Assembly (NCBI GenBank): GCA_002269645.1
Contig: NIVC01000302.1
Span: 1 to 64,000 of the forward strand
Source of the DNA: Macrostomum lignano
Lineage: Eukaryota
DNA length: 64,000 nt
Direction: 5' to 3'
The notes under the pieces were generated by a model, which worked only from the letters and a program-made list of their open reading frames with translations, searched no databases and was not told where the DNA came from. A program made the position numbers and the translations under genes. Shown one piece after another: positions 30,602-43,700 of the stretch. Positions within the stretch are counted from its first letter, which is position 1. Every line of letters starts with the position of its first letter.

Positions 30602-31104
30602 CGGCCCTGCAGACGTTAGTAATTGTTGTTAGTAATTCAGACCGAAAAAATGCGACGAACAGCATATAGGTACTTGTTGTTTTGTTGATCGCTCTAAGGC
30701 TGAAAGTCGCATATATGTACCACTGTACTGTTTCTTGTTTGTTATTTAGACAGAGAAAATGTGACGAAGAGAAGACATTTGTCTGTTGCTTTGTTGATCG
30801 CTATAAGGCTGAAAATCACATACTTACGACTGCTTGTTCTTTTCAAAATATATATGAAAAAAGCAACTAAGAGGATATGTAACAAAGTTTGACAATCTGA
30901 GAAAAGTGAATTATGTCAAGTGGAAGATAGTTTTCACGTCTTGTTACTGAAAATAATACCAGAATCGCTCTAAGGCGGAATCGGCGAGGCGTACATGTAA
31001 AGTGGATTACATTTTTGGACTAGTACAACGGTAACATTATGAACAATATGTTTGTAAACACCTGTCACCTTCACATGAGTTCCAATGTCCAAAGATGCAG
31101 TATA

Positions 31105-32204
31105 CTAGACCATAGCAGCGATCTCGTTTCGCCGCTGTTGTCCGCGAAGACGCAGTTGCTGAGCTCCGTCACCAGCGTTGTCATCCTCATTAGTCAGCTG
31201 GTCGTCTGCATCACCGATGTATTGCGGATCGTCTATGTCTTCTTCATTCAGAAACTTGGCGACATTGTGAAGCACGAAGCATGCCAAGATGCATGTTGGT
31301 GCCTTGTGCAGCTGCAGTCGGATACCGTAGCGCAGAATGGGGAACCTTCTCTTGAGCTGCCCGAACGACCTCTCGATCACGACTCTGCTCCTGGCATGTA
31401 GCACATTGTACCGTTGTTGCTGCTCCGTTTCGGGTTGCGGATACGGCGTCATTAGGAACGGTGCGATTCCGTACCCAGAGTCACCGAGGAGCACTCCAGA
31501 ATTGACTCTGGTCGTGAGTAGATGACTGGAAAGTGTTTAACTTGCTACGTAAATTATATAAAGTTTACCATTTGCCCACTTGGAATCAGATTCTAAGTAT
31601 GAATACGAGGTACTCACGCGTACAGCGCCGAGTTCTTGAGCACTCTACTGTCGTGCACCGAGCCAGGCCAACTCGCATCCAAACTAGTGAACACGCACTT
31701 CTCGGAGCACGTTGCCTGAACATTGATGGAGGGAAACCCCTTCCGGTTGATGTACTCGTCACCGGCTGCTCCTGAGGGCTTTTCGATCCTCACATGCGTG
31801 CAGTCAATTGCCCCGATGGCCGACGGGAAGCCCATTGCTTCAGTGAACTGTGCCTTAGCACGGTTCGCTGAAGCACCTTCCTGTGGAAATTGAATCCATT
31901 CGTGAGACAGCCGCGCGATACTCTGCAGGACGTCCCAAACAACATTTGACACCGTGCTTTGATGAACACCTGTCTCCTTGGCAACACCGGATTGAAAGCC
32001 AGGGTTGCTCAGGTACCGCAGCGTGATCTCCATCTTCTGTTTCGGTGTCAGCGCACCGCCCCTTGTCTCGGAAGTATGTCCTAGGAAGCGCGTTGTCAGA
32101 AAGGTCACGTGATCCTCAGTGAATCGATGAAGCTGTCTATATGTCTCCACTGGAGTGGCCTGTCGGGGCAGGTACTCCTTGGTCTTTCTGATCTGAAGGA
32201 ACAT
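31105..32204 (-). CDS. Harbinger (HARBI1-like, DDE_Tnp_4) transposase, 335 aa; exons 32204-31618, 31525-31105
   Basis: GAIDCTHV, LLGDSGY and RVVIERSFGQLKRRF DDE motifs; a 92-nt GTGAGT...TTTCCAG intron restores the frame. Confidence 0.88.
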
Positions 32205-33765
32205 CTCGTGTCTCGTGTTATGGGCGCTGAAGATTCGCTTGAGCCAGAGAAAGAGTTGCTCGCATAAAACTCAAGTGTCGGCTCTCTCGGCGAGAAAATC
32301 ACGTCTTTTATTCATCAGAAAGCAAGAAAATCTTTTCCTCGTGAGATTTTCTTGCCGAGCAAATCTTTTCTTGTGAAAGCTCGAGATTTTCTTGGCGAGA
32401 AAATCTTGCAAGAAACTCGCAGTTTTTTATTCTTATAAACGCAAGAAATTCTTGGATTTCTTGCAAGAAAAAAATTTCTTTTTTTATTCATACGGCCCAT
32501 GGATTGTTTCATGATAGGCGGTTTGGTCCGCTGAGCTCTTGGCTTTAGTTGCTCTGCGGTGGAGTCTCTTATCTCTGTGACGAAGGTTGCCGAGGTTGCC
32601 ACGGCGTAGATTTTTTCCCTTTATAGGCTTTTAAAGAGCAGGATGCCTCAAAAGCGGCGGTTAGCGTTTCTGTTCGCACAGTCGCGCACATCCGCTTCTT
32701 GGCACGACGTGATAAGAAAGGCACAACATATCAAAATATTAACAGTGGGTTTGCCTATCGAAATCGAAAGCAATTTTTATTGTGCTGAAAAAATGAAAAC
32801 CTCCTATCTCCGTAGTGTATTTTTTTTCGGAAAAAACCTGCCTCCAAAATTTTCCAAGAAACGATTGGTTTCCCGTCCTTCTACCTGAGTAGTCCTTGAC
32901 CAAATATTGGTTTTCCAAACGGGCATGCCAACTTTGAAAAAATGGAGAGATGATCCGTTGAGTAAATACTCTTGATATTCATGAGCACGTGACTACTATA
33001 AAGCTCGTGCGAAAATGATGAGAGATGTGAGGTAAATACTAGCTAGCGCAATCCGTAGTTCCTACTACTTTTAGTAATAAAATTTGCTTTTTATTCTGCC
33101 GATATGATAGTTTAGATATTTTTTATGATACTGAATAAATACAACTGAATGTGTATAGCTGATGTATGCAAATAGAAGGTGTTGCAAGAGACAAAGGGAA
33201 GGATATTGAAGACGGGGGTTGGAGACAAAATATTTTGGGGGTGGGTCTGAGAGTCTCGGTTTTTGCAGGCCATTCAAATCGGCGCTGGTCTTTGCGATTT
33301 AAACAAACTCGGATGAACTCGGGGTGCAAAATAAAGGGAGCTCCGCTTGCTGAGTTCCTCAGGCTCAGGGGGAGGATAGCTGCAGTGTGGTCGTGGCTGA
33401 GCAGTCTAGTTAATGCCGTCTCTCAGAATGCAGAAATGTAGAAATGTAGCCGCTACGGAGAATTAACTTAATTAAAATAAACTAGATTTGCTGGGTGCCG
33501 CAGCTAGTGTTGTATTTTATTAAATGGTAGTAGGTCGCTGCCACTGTACTACCGCGGTAATTCGCGGAGAAAAGGTCTAAAGCTCAAGTTTACTCGAATC
33601 TGCCCTAGAACTTCTCTTTAATAAGACCACCGAGGGTCAACTGAATTCTTCCGCGAGGTCACGAAGGCTTAAGACACCGTTTGGCACACGATTAACTGCT
33701 TAGTATTATTGTTGCACAAACTGGATATGGATATTATTAAGCTGTTAAAGATAAAAATAATTAAT

Positions 33766-34102
33766 TGTGGGGCTGGAGGAAAGGGGGGCGCAGTCCCTTA
33801 AATACGTCACTGTTCTCATGAGCCACCGGGAGGAAAACGGGTGGAAGAGAGGGTTACACGCAATGGAAAAGATGGGTACACCGGGTGGTAGCGACTAAAC
33901 ACCGGGTGAACACAATTTAAATTAACAGAAAAACAAAAGTTACAAGGAGTAGGCACCCGAATTACACTAAGAGGAAAATGGGATTCCCACACAGGGAAAT
34001 GACGTCAATATACGTAATGAAATTTCCCACCAAGTGCACAATCCAGACTGGGAAAGTCAGTGGGGAAAGACAGTGGGAGGCTGCGCCTACTATGTTACCA
34101 CA
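33766..34102. mobile_element. Possible solo LTR (337 bp)
   Basis: GC-richer island bounded by TGTGG...CCACA; no TSD, PBS or PPT found. Confidence 0.35.
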
Positions 34103-37100
34103 ATATTGATAATCTATCTAAGCTATATATCTCATGAGCCATATAGCTATATACAGTGGTTCAATTGCTAAGAACTTACTGCCAGAACTTACTGTTGTAC
34201 AAACAGGCTAAAAAATCTTAGGTCCGGTTTGTTATGTACCCGTCCTAGGCCGTCTAAGCCTCGTATGGACCGGATGTTATGTAAATCATCTTTGTCTATG
34301 TCGACACCTTCATATTTTAAAAGGGTTTAGTTAGCTTAGTTTTTAATTAAAAAGCGTTATTAATTATGCTAAAAATTAATGCAGCTGCTGGTTTCCAATC
34401 TCTTAACTTTGAACTTTGATTTGAATATTTAATTTAGTAATTCCTGAATCCACATGTGCGTGGTTATTTTGTCTGTCACCTTTTCATCTGCTGGCAGGCG
34501 TCACTTGAACTTACTCACTTATGTTTTAAGTTACTAAGTAGTAAGTTTTGGAGATCTTGTTTAATATCTATCCAGTTGTAGGTTATATAAAAACAATTTA
34601 AAATAAATTAAATAATGTCTAATGACTTGAATTGTTAGGGCCTAGTACATTTATATTGATTAGGAGGCCTATCATTAGGCCTATTTTCTATTATTTTCAC
34701 TAGGCCTCGAGATTATGGCATTGCATTACATTGGCATATGTTTAGATTTCTTATATGAAAATTAACTGTTATGCTTATATTGAATTCTGCAAAAGAAAAC
34801 TAAAAAGTTGTATTAATTAAACAAATAATATAGCTTATATATAATACCATAGTCAGGAAGGTGTCCAGTGTACACAGGAACTAATTCTGGGCAAAATTAA
34901 GCTTGTACGCCAATGTATGCCAATTTTTTTAGCTTCATTTCAAACATTACGCTGTACACTAAAGTCCTTTTTCCGTATCATTTTTCCCCATTTTGGGGAG
35001 TTATATTACCTATTTAATACTACACATTTTGTGCACATTTAGCATGTAGTAACATATTCACCCTCAAAGCGCGCAAGTTTTTGTATTTAAAAAATTTCAC
35101 ACATAAGTTTTATTTGAATATATGTCCTGCTTGACAAAATTACATGATTTTACGTGAAAATTATGTGATTTACTCGTGAAAAAAACTTGTGAAAAACACG
35201 TGAAAAAGTGTCCAATGTGTTTACAAGTTTGTTACATGTGAAACTCGTGAAAACTCGTAATGCCTTTAATAGGATGCTTCCTTCACGTTGCTCGTACTTA
35301 ATACAGTATATATAGTCCATGTACATTTGATTCTGCTGGTTGTTTTTATATTGCTACATGTATATATTCTACTCACTTCCTTTGCTTATACATGTAGACT
35401 TAGAAAAAAACATGCAGCAGGACTAGAGAACAGAACATAAATTTAACACATCTGAAACAGACACTAGCTATCAGCAAAAAAGATAACAAAGAGCCCACAA
35501 ACCACCCAAGATCCATTAAAAAATAAAATAATGAAAGCAAACACAAAGACCACAAACAGAAATTTCTATATATGTGGAGTCAATGCATATAAAGATTAAT
35601 AAAGCTAAAATAAGTAAAACTGGTGTATAATTTTTAGTTAATGAACAGTAAATATAGTGTAGCATATAGCTAAGTGCAATAAGGACTTCATCATGGAAAA
35701 AGTACCATTTTTGGTATGCAATGTAACAATCATATAACATTCTTGAAATGCAAAAATTTACAATTTTCTGGCTATGTGCAGTTGAAACTGAAAGAACAAT
35801 GAAATTATAAGTTATTAAAGAGTACATTGACAAAGCAGGTTATGCAGAATGTTGCAAAAACACAAAAATTACTTCACACAAAAAGAACTTGCAGTAATAC
35901 TTGAATGATTCAGCCTACTTAGTGAACATGTAGGCATACAAATTAAAATAAAAAATCAAACCTTTTAGTTAAAAATGAATTAAAAAATTGGTATAATAAG
36001 CCTAGCTACAAACTAATGAAAAAATATGCTGTCACACTATAAATAGGGGCATAGAAAACACAGAAAGAACTAGCAAATTAGTCCAGATAGCCTGTCTGTA
36101 GCTATAGACTCTTAGCCATAGTAAAAACAGTCAACAGATAATAGCAACATGTTTTTATGAATAAAAAAACATTATATGGGTAAATTAACTTGAAAAAGCA
36201 GTCCTTGCCATTCAACTTCAGATTAAGATTCAAAGCCTCTTTTTGAAGTACATAGTAGAAGCCCTTGCCTTTTCTCCAGGCATGAATTGTACCAGTAGTA
36301 AGCCTTGTGAATTGCTGAAAAGTTTTGAATTTTAATCAATTAGAACATTGATTGGATTAAACAAAAAATAGATCATTTATATTATAGTATTATATATCTA
36401 GTTTTATTTCAAAAGTATAATATTGTATTGTCAATATACAATAATAAAATTGATTATCTAATAAATTTTAAATATATATTCAATATACTAGGTCTAAATC
36501 TCTACAGTTTGCATGTTTATCTATAACATTCCAATAATATTCTAGGACTTATAAAAATATAATATAACTTTGGAAAATAGAAAAAAGTCAATATTTTTGC
36601 TTGTCATTGCCTCATCAGCCAAATTTTTTTACCAAATCTTTTTTGTATGTAATGTATACAATCTAAGAATAAATAAATGATAAAATGTTGGATTAGTATG
36701 TTATCAATTGGCAAAAAGTCATTTTTGTAAAAATTTTGACATTTTTCAAAGCAAAAGACATCATTAAGTTTATGTACCTTTTAAAAACAAATAGAAGGCT
36801 TTAGAGGGTTAAAACAAAATATATATAAAATTATAGTACTTGCATCATCAGATAAAAAACATTAGCAACCATATAATCTATTATATTTTTAATATATTAG
36901 TACCTCAAAGTTACTGAATTACTGAAAGTTACTGAAGTGACAGAAAAAAATATGTTACGACCATAATGTTACAACCATAAGGCTGCTTTTTCTTTTGTAT
37001 CTTTGTTGCCTTTTTGAGTTTATATATTCTAATAAAAGAGTATGACTTCTAAAGATGTTCTTAGTCTAATTTAAAAAAATTATTGCAAAATATAAAAAAT

Positions 37101-38329
37101 GAAAAATGTTATAAGACTTTTACCTTTTAGTTTCAATATGTCAAAAATCCTGTTGTTACGACCATAAGCATACATGCGCAACCTCCAAAATTCGGTCAGC
37201 TGTGCGACTTAGTTTTAACAAAAATGCAACATAGTTTTTGGCCAAAAATGCAACTTACATGTAAAAAAACCCAAAAGCAAAATTAACGCAACTTTTGGTA
37301 AATGGCAGTGAGTAACTATGATTGTCTTATAAAGCCAAAATGCCTCATCAGCTACTTAGTACTACTACTTGGTGTTTTTTGGGTGGGCATTTTTGCGACT
37401 TCCTTGGTTGGCTGCCAAATCGGTCAGCCAGATTGGCCGACTCGGCCAACTGTTGCGCATGTATGACCATAAGTGCCATTCAAGGTTTAATAGCATCTAT
37501 ACTAATAATGATATCTATATGAAACTTTATAAACATATTCTTGACAAAATAATCTTTCATTCAAAATATTGGTTTAGTGTATTCTATTATTAGATTTCAT
37601 TTTATAAGTAAAAATAGTCTGTCATGTTACAACATAATTATATGGAATGGCCCTTAAATTGTCTTTTGTTACCCAGAAAAAGTAATGCAAAAAGTGCCAT
37701 TACCAAAAAAGTAACAACTTTTATCACTTTAGTAATGAGTAACACACCCAACACTGAAGGCAAGCTACAAGTGAAGCCACTAGTGATCACTAGATAAATA
37801 GAGAATAATTTTTAAAAATATTAAAAAGTCAAATTCTAATGCCTATATTTGAATTTGTTTTTGAAAAATATTTTTTTCATTTTTTGATTTTCTACCTATG
37901 TAGGACATCTTTAAAGAAATAGACTTCATGAAAATTTTAGTATATGATATAAATATCCTAGATGGATTTTTCCTAGCTAGAAAGCTTTTATAGTGGTGCT
38001 TTTTAATGAATTTATATGCTATGAAATACATAAGTATAAGCCAATTGGTATTAAAGTTCTCATTAGAGTCTAAAAGGATTATAATATAAATCAATGCTAA
38101 ATATGATATAAGTTGTGACTTGATTAAAAGTTGAATTATAGCATTATAAAAGTAATCTAGCAGTTAAGTATATTGTTATTTAATAAGTCTATGGTATTCT
38201 CAGAGTTTTTTTTAAAAGTTTTTGTAAATATGAGTATGGCTATACTTCTTTTCTAAAAGAATTGATATTTATGAATTTGAAAATCACCCAGATAACTGGC
38301 TAGTAAGTGAAAAATCTTTCAAAACTCTG

Positions 38330-39133
38330 ATGTCTCACCTACCAGTGGTAGACTGGGTGTCCCTTGACTGGGTGGCCTATTGGGGCTGCCTGACTCACGC
38401 CATGGTCACCGAGAATGAAGAGATCATGGGCCTCTGCCTTGGCGAAGAGCTGCAATCAGCGGCTGGCGATGCTGTTGGTGGCGTCAATTTGGAAATCCTG
38501 GCCTTTTTGCCGCTGCTGCGAGTTGACAAGCGCAAAGATCGAGTTGAGATTGAGCCAGACCAGCTGGTTGCGGCCACCCAGCGGGCCGATGAGCTCACAG
38601 CTCAGCTGGGCCGCACTGTCCGTGTAGTTGGCTGGTACCACAGCCATCCGCACATCACAGCCCTGCCCAGCCATGTAGATCTGGCTACTCAGCTGAGCTA
38701 TCAGCAGCTGGCCGAATCATTTGTAGGATTAATATTCGCCGTCTATAGCGGTCATGAACGGGGCCAGCGTTGCCAGGCCCTGTGCTTTCAAAATGTCCGC
38801 GGCTCGTGCGCCTACATACCTATGCGAGTCCGGCCGCCGCACTGCGCCACCTCTCCGGATGCCGCCGCCGCCACCGCCGTGTCCGCTGCCGAGAATGCCG
38901 CAGGCGTGGTGGCGCTGCCTCGCCTGCTGTTCGAAGAGGAGCAGCGAGAGTTTGAGCAGCAGCAGCAACCCAAAAGTAATCAGAAAGCAACAGCTTCATC
39001 GTCTAATAGCAGCGATAGCGTTGTTGAATTGGCCCCCGCCTGCGCTTATGCTTGCAACGTTGGCTCAATTGTTGATAGGCTGATCTGGCCGCTGATTCAA
39101 GTGGCCCGAGATCGGTGCGTCGACCAGGCCTAG
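38330..39133 (+). CDS. BRCC3: Lys-63-specific deubiquitinase BRCC36-like (JAMM/MPN+), single-exon ORF, 267 aa
   Basis: CLTHAMVTENEEIMGLCLGE, RVDKRKDRVEIEPDQL and the intact JAMM motif GWYHSHPHITALPSHVD followed by FVGLIF. Confidence 0.92.
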   Translation: MSHLPVVDWVSLDWVAYWGCLTHAMVTENEEIMGLCLGEELQSAAGDAVGGVNLEILAFLPLLRVDKRKDRVEIEPDQLVAATQRADELTAQLGRTVRVVGWYHSHPHITALPSHVDLATQLSYQQLAESFVGLIFAVYSGHERGQRCQALCFQNVRGSCAYIPMRVRPPHCATSPDAAAATAVSAAENAAGVVALPRLLFEEEQREFEQQQQPKSNQKATASSSNSSDSVVELAPACAYACNVGSIVDRLIWPLIQVARDRCVDQA

Positions 39134-39459
39134 ATGGACCGATTGTATCCGTTTTGAGACTGGAAAATATTTAAAAACCTATTGTCCTGAATCTGCCTAC
39201 TGATAACAGTAGAAAGTACTGATCGAGGCAACAAATTTGAAGAAAAGAGTGCAAAAAGCTTTTTTTAGTAAAATTCTTAGAAAAATCGACACTTTCTACT
39301 CACTATAGTAGGCTGATGTGAAGCAACAGCATATAATTTTCCTATGTTCCACTGCTGCCTGCTAACAGTTAGTATGTACACCGCGCTTGATAGTTTCAGC
39401 GAAGCAGATGATGGTGCCAAATGTTGAATAGTTAATAAAAAATCGTTTTTGGAGGCCCG

Positions 39460-39474
39460 GTTGCCATTAGCAAC
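39460..39474 (+). promoter_or_regulatory. RFX X-box (GTTGCCATTAGCAAC)
   Basis: Exact match to GTNRCC-N0-3-RGYAAC, within the extended palindrome CCGGTTGC...GCAACCGG, in non-repetitive DNA upstream of the tetraspanin. Confidence 0.55.
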
Positions 39475-39954
39475 CGGTTCGTTGAGAATTTTTTAAAAAA
39501 CCGTTTAGATTTTTAATTACTAAGGCCATTGTAATGTGTTCTCCCTTATATTTTGAGCAATCTCCATCTGTGTCCGGCGTCTATACAACAGTGGTTTGAA
39601 TGATGATTTAATCTATTTTTTGTCTTTCTCACATCAAGGGCATTCAGAAAACTTTGTACCTACTAGTACCTGTATGTTCTGCGCACATGTCTTTTGTGCA
39701 TTCTCATATGCTGTACTGAATGTTTTAAGATGAGTATAATTGTATACGCTTATTAGAAAAGTTAAAGAGGGTTTTGTTAAGTGTAATACTTTAATCCCTT
39801 CGTTTGCAACAAATAAAATCAATCAATCGTTGCTTGCTGTATTCTAAGGTACCATTTTTATTAGTTTTTTATCTTTGAAAACAAACTTGCTTAGGTTTTT
39901 TAACGTTGGAAATGTCTGTTGGATAGATTGATTGAAGATTAGGCACACTCAAGT

Positions 39955-40848
39955 TCATAGACTCACTCAACAGGTCATAGACTCACCCTGCAAGTCATAG
40001 ACTCACTCAACAGGTCATAGACTCACCCTGCAAGTCATAGACTCACTCATCATTCACACAATCACTCATCAGCTCATAGACTCAGCCAACAAGCCATAGA
40101 ATTCCTCATTCGGTCATAGACTCACTCAGCAGTTCATAGACTCAGTCAGCAGGTCACAGACTGACTCAGCAGATCACAGACTCACTCAGCAGTTCGTAAT
40201 CTCACTCAGCAGGTCATAGGCTCACCCAGCAGTTTAAAGACTCACTCACCAGGTCACAGACTCACTCAGCAGGTCACAGACTCACCCAGCAGGTTAAAGA
40301 CTCACTCAGCAGGTCATAGGCTCACCCAACAGTTTAAAGACTCATTCACCAGGTCACAGACTCACTCAGCAGGTCACAGACTCACTCAGCAGGTCATAGA
40401 CTCACTCAGCAGGTCATAGACTCACTCAGCAGGTCATAGACTCACTCAGCAGGTCACAGACTCACTCAGCAGGTCACAGACTCACTCAACAGGTCACAGA
40501 CTCACTCAGCAGGTCACAGACTCACTCAACAGGTCACAGACTCACTCAGCAGGTCACAGACTCACTCAACAGGTCACAGACTCACTCAGCAGGTCACAGA
40601 CTCACTCAACAGGTCACAGAGTCACTCAGCAGGTCATAGACTCACTCAACAGGTCACAGACTCACTCAGCAGGTCATAGGCTCCCCCGGCAGGTTGAGGA
40701 CTCACTCAGCAGGTCATAGGCTCCCCCGGCAGGTTGAGGACTCACTCAGCAGGTCATAGACTCACTCAGCAGGTTATAGACTCACTCAGCAGGTCACAGA
40801 CTCACTCAGCAGGTTATAGACTCACTCAGCAGGTCACAGACTCACTCT
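39955..40848. repeat. 20-bp minisatellite (GACTCACTCAGCAGGTCACA)n
   Basis: Direct periodicity; lies just upstream of the tetraspanin ORF. Confidence 0.95.
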
Positions 40849-40920
40849 GATCCCATATCCCATTGCATTGCACGACCAGCGGCATCGCCAACAGCTGACA
40901 GCAACGACAGGCACCACCCA

Positions 40921-41832
40921 ATGGCTGGCAAGTCGAATCGTCGCAGCGCTGGCGCAGCCGCGTCCTCCTCCGCAGCGGGACTTCGACCAGCTGGCCGTCG
41001 CACAAATTTTGTCAATCCTTGTATAAAGTACGCGCTGTTCTTTTTCAACTTCATATTCTGGCTGGCGGGCACCGGCATCCTAGCTATCGGTATTATCGCC
41101 ACCGCGATGAAGAAGGACGCATTCGCCTCCGACAATGGCGGAGTTCAAGACGTGTTCAGCGTGCTGTTCGATGCAACCCTGGTATTTATTGCGTTCGGCG
41201 CAATCGTGTTCTTGCTGACCTTCGCCGGTTGTCTGGGCTCGCTTCGCGACAATGTCTGCCTGTTGAAATTCTTTGCCCTGTCCTTGTTTGTCATATTCCT
41301 AATTGAATGCTCGGCCGCTATAGCCGTATTCGCGTTGAAAGAACGGGCTATTGAGTACATGGAGACAGTGCTCAAGACCAATATGATCACTATGTACAGA
41401 GAGGAGCGCTATGAGGACACGCAGAATTTTATAGATTGGTATCACAAAAACCTGGCCTGCTGCGGTGCGGCCTCATATAAAGATTGGAGCGAGAACAAGT
41501 ACTTCGCCTGTACATCAAATAACACCAGCCCGGAGCGCTGCGGGGTGCCGTTCTCCTGCTGCAAAAAGATGAACGACATTGACGATCGAGTGATTAACAC
41601 AATGTGCGGCTATAATGTCATGGCGCAGACTGAACAGCCAGACGACCGAATCTGGACTATCGGCTGTGTGGCTGCCACTAGGAAATACGTTGAAAAGAAT
41701 GTACTGCCAGTGGCCGGGGTGGCTATCGGAGTGTCTGTAGTGCAGCTGACAGCTATATTTCTGTCCCGGGTGCTTGCTGGCCAGATTCAGGACCAGGTGA
41801 CTCTGCTGAGACGGACTGGCGAGATGGCCTGA
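40921..41832 (+). CDS. Tetraspanin, TspanC8 subfamily (TSPAN5/14/17/33-like), single exon, 303 aa
   Basis: Four hydrophobic helices; the large loop has CCG and eight Cys (CCG, FAC, ERC, GVPFSCC, INTMCG, IGC). Confidence 0.92.
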   Translation: MAGKSNRRSAGAAASSSAAGLRPAGRRTNFVNPCIKYALFFFNFIFWLAGTGILAIGIIATAMKKDAFASDNGGVQDVFSVLFDATLVFIAFGAIVFLLTFAGCLGSLRDNVCLLKFFALSLFVIFLIECSAAIAVFALKERAIEYMETVLKTNMITMYREERYEDTQNFIDWYHKNLACCGAASYKDWSENKYFACTSNNTSPERCGVPFSCCKKMNDIDDRVINTMCGYNVMAQTEQPDDRIWTIGCVAATRKYVEKNVLPVAGVAIGVSVVQLTAIFLSRVLAGQIQDQVTLLRRTGEMA

Positions 41833-42454
41833 GCTGGGGAAGCTGTGTATAGACATAACTATGTATGCTGGCTGCTGACTCTGTTCATTAGCTAATGTCT
41901 GCTAGACTGTGTGCTGAAGAATCCTTTATCCAAGAATTTTATATTTATTTGGAAGAAATCCTGTTTTAGGATTGAAGTAATCGTCTATAGAATCTAAAGA
42001 AATTAATGATACACTCGATTGCATCAACTGTACCCGTTGAAAACGTTACAGTAACAATAATCGCTAAGGAGTCATTACAAACTGTAAAGCTGTATTAACG
42101 CTTTACTTTCTACTAACTCAAGTAGACTAAATAGAGTGTTGTTATAAATACAAAATACGATTTTAATTCATAAAGTAACGCAGATGCGCTTTAGACGAAA
42201 CTCTGCTTGTTATTTTACAGCGACTCCACCGCCCCAGAGTCGTTTCGGAGTCGCAGGCAATAAAATGCCTCAAATTGACTTTCAGGCGACTCTTTGACTA
42301 CTTGTACCGTGAAATCTTGTCGTTTTAGAGTCGAGTAGAGTCACTTCTTTCTTATTTTACCTGTTATCTGAAACGACTATGGCGTGACGCAGGTGACTCT
42401 GGGACGCTTCTTGGCCTGAGGTACCGTTTTAATCGGGTATAGATTCGAAGTAAT

Positions 42455-43700
42455 TGTCTATAGAATGTAGGGAATAATCTATAGAGTAGGGAGTCATCTA
42501 TAGAGTGTAGGGAATTGTCTATAGAATGTAGGGAGTCATCTATAGAGTGTAGGGAATTGTCTATAGAATGTAGGGAATCTATAAAATGTAGGGAAACGTC
42601 TTTAGAGTGTAGAGAATCATCTGTAGAATGAAGAGAATCATCTAAAGAGTGTAGGGAATAATCTATAGAATGTAGGAATCATCTATAGTGTAGGGAATCA
42701 TCTATAGTGTAGGGAATCATCTATAGAATGTAGGGAATCATCTATAGAATGTAGGGAATCATCTATAGAATGTAGGTAATAATCTATAGTGTAGGGAATA
42801 ATCTATAGTGTAGGGAATAATCTATAGTGTAGGGAATCATCTAATGTAGGGAATAATCTATAGTGTAGGGAATAATCTATAGTGTAGGGAATAATCTATA
42901 GTGTAGGGAATCATCTAATGTAGGGAATAATCTATAGTGTAGGGAATCATCTATAGAATGTAGGGAATCATCTATAGTGTAGGGAATCATCTGCAGTGTA
43001 GGGAATCATCTATAGAATGTAGGGAATCATCTATAATGTAGGGAATCATCTATAGTGTAGGGAATCATCTATAGTGTAGGGAATAATCTATAGTGTAGGG
43101 AATAATCTATAGTGTAGGGAATAATCTATAGTGTAGGGAATCATCTAATGTAGGGAATAATCTATAGTGTAGGGAATAATCTATAGTGTAGGGAATAATC
43201 TATAGTGTAGGGAATAATCTATAGTGTAGGGAATCATCTAATGTAGGGAATAATCTATAGTGTAGGGAATCATCTATAGAATGTAGGGAATCATCTATAG
43301 TGTAGGGAATCATCTAATGTAGGGAATAATCTATAGTGTAGGGAATCATCTATAGAATGTAGGGAATCATCTATAGTGTAGGGAATCATCTGCAGTGTAG
43401 GGAATCATCTATAGAATGTAGGGAATCATCTATAATGTAGGGAATCATCTATAGTGTAGGGAATCATCTAATGTAGGGAATAATCTATAGTGTAGGGAAT
43501 AATCTATAGTGTAGGGAATAATCTATAGTGTAGGGAATCATCTAATGTAGGGAATCATCTATAGTGTAGGGAATCATCTATAGAATGTAGGGAATCATCT
43601 ATAGTGTAGGGAATCATCTATAGAATGTAGGGAATCATCTATAGTGTAGGGAATCATCTATAGAATGTAGGGAATCATCTATAGTGTAGGGATCATCTAT
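42455..43700. repeat. 19/21-bp minisatellite (TAGGGAATCATCTATAGTG)n
   Basis: Direct periodicity. Confidence 0.95.

Larger units (their letters stand above)
30109..32498. mobile_element. PIF/Harbinger DNA transposon (2390 bp)
   Basis: TIR GGGCCGTATGAATAAAA / TTTTATTCATACGGCCC, 3-bp TSD ATG (30106-30108 and 32499-32501), subterminal GAGAAAATCTT-type repeats at both ends. Confidence 0.92.
27593..32610 (-). mobile_element. 5'-truncated, decayed non-LTR retrotransposon with RT and RNase H (R1/LOA/I-group-like), split by a Harbinger insertion
   Basis: RT ORF 28783-29697 (KVIFIPKPG, GYADDV, KYLGINLD); RNase H WIPGHAGFPGNELAD; 3' end CTGCAGCTAAGTCAAG. The 5' piece at 32499-32610 rejoins in frame (..YHETIH|EFKRQV..). 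Confidence 0.88.

Noticed and set aside
39955-40848. GTGAGT donor motifs in the 20-bp repeat
   Set aside because: They are on the minus strand, where no host gene is evident. This also shows such motifs can arise by chance.
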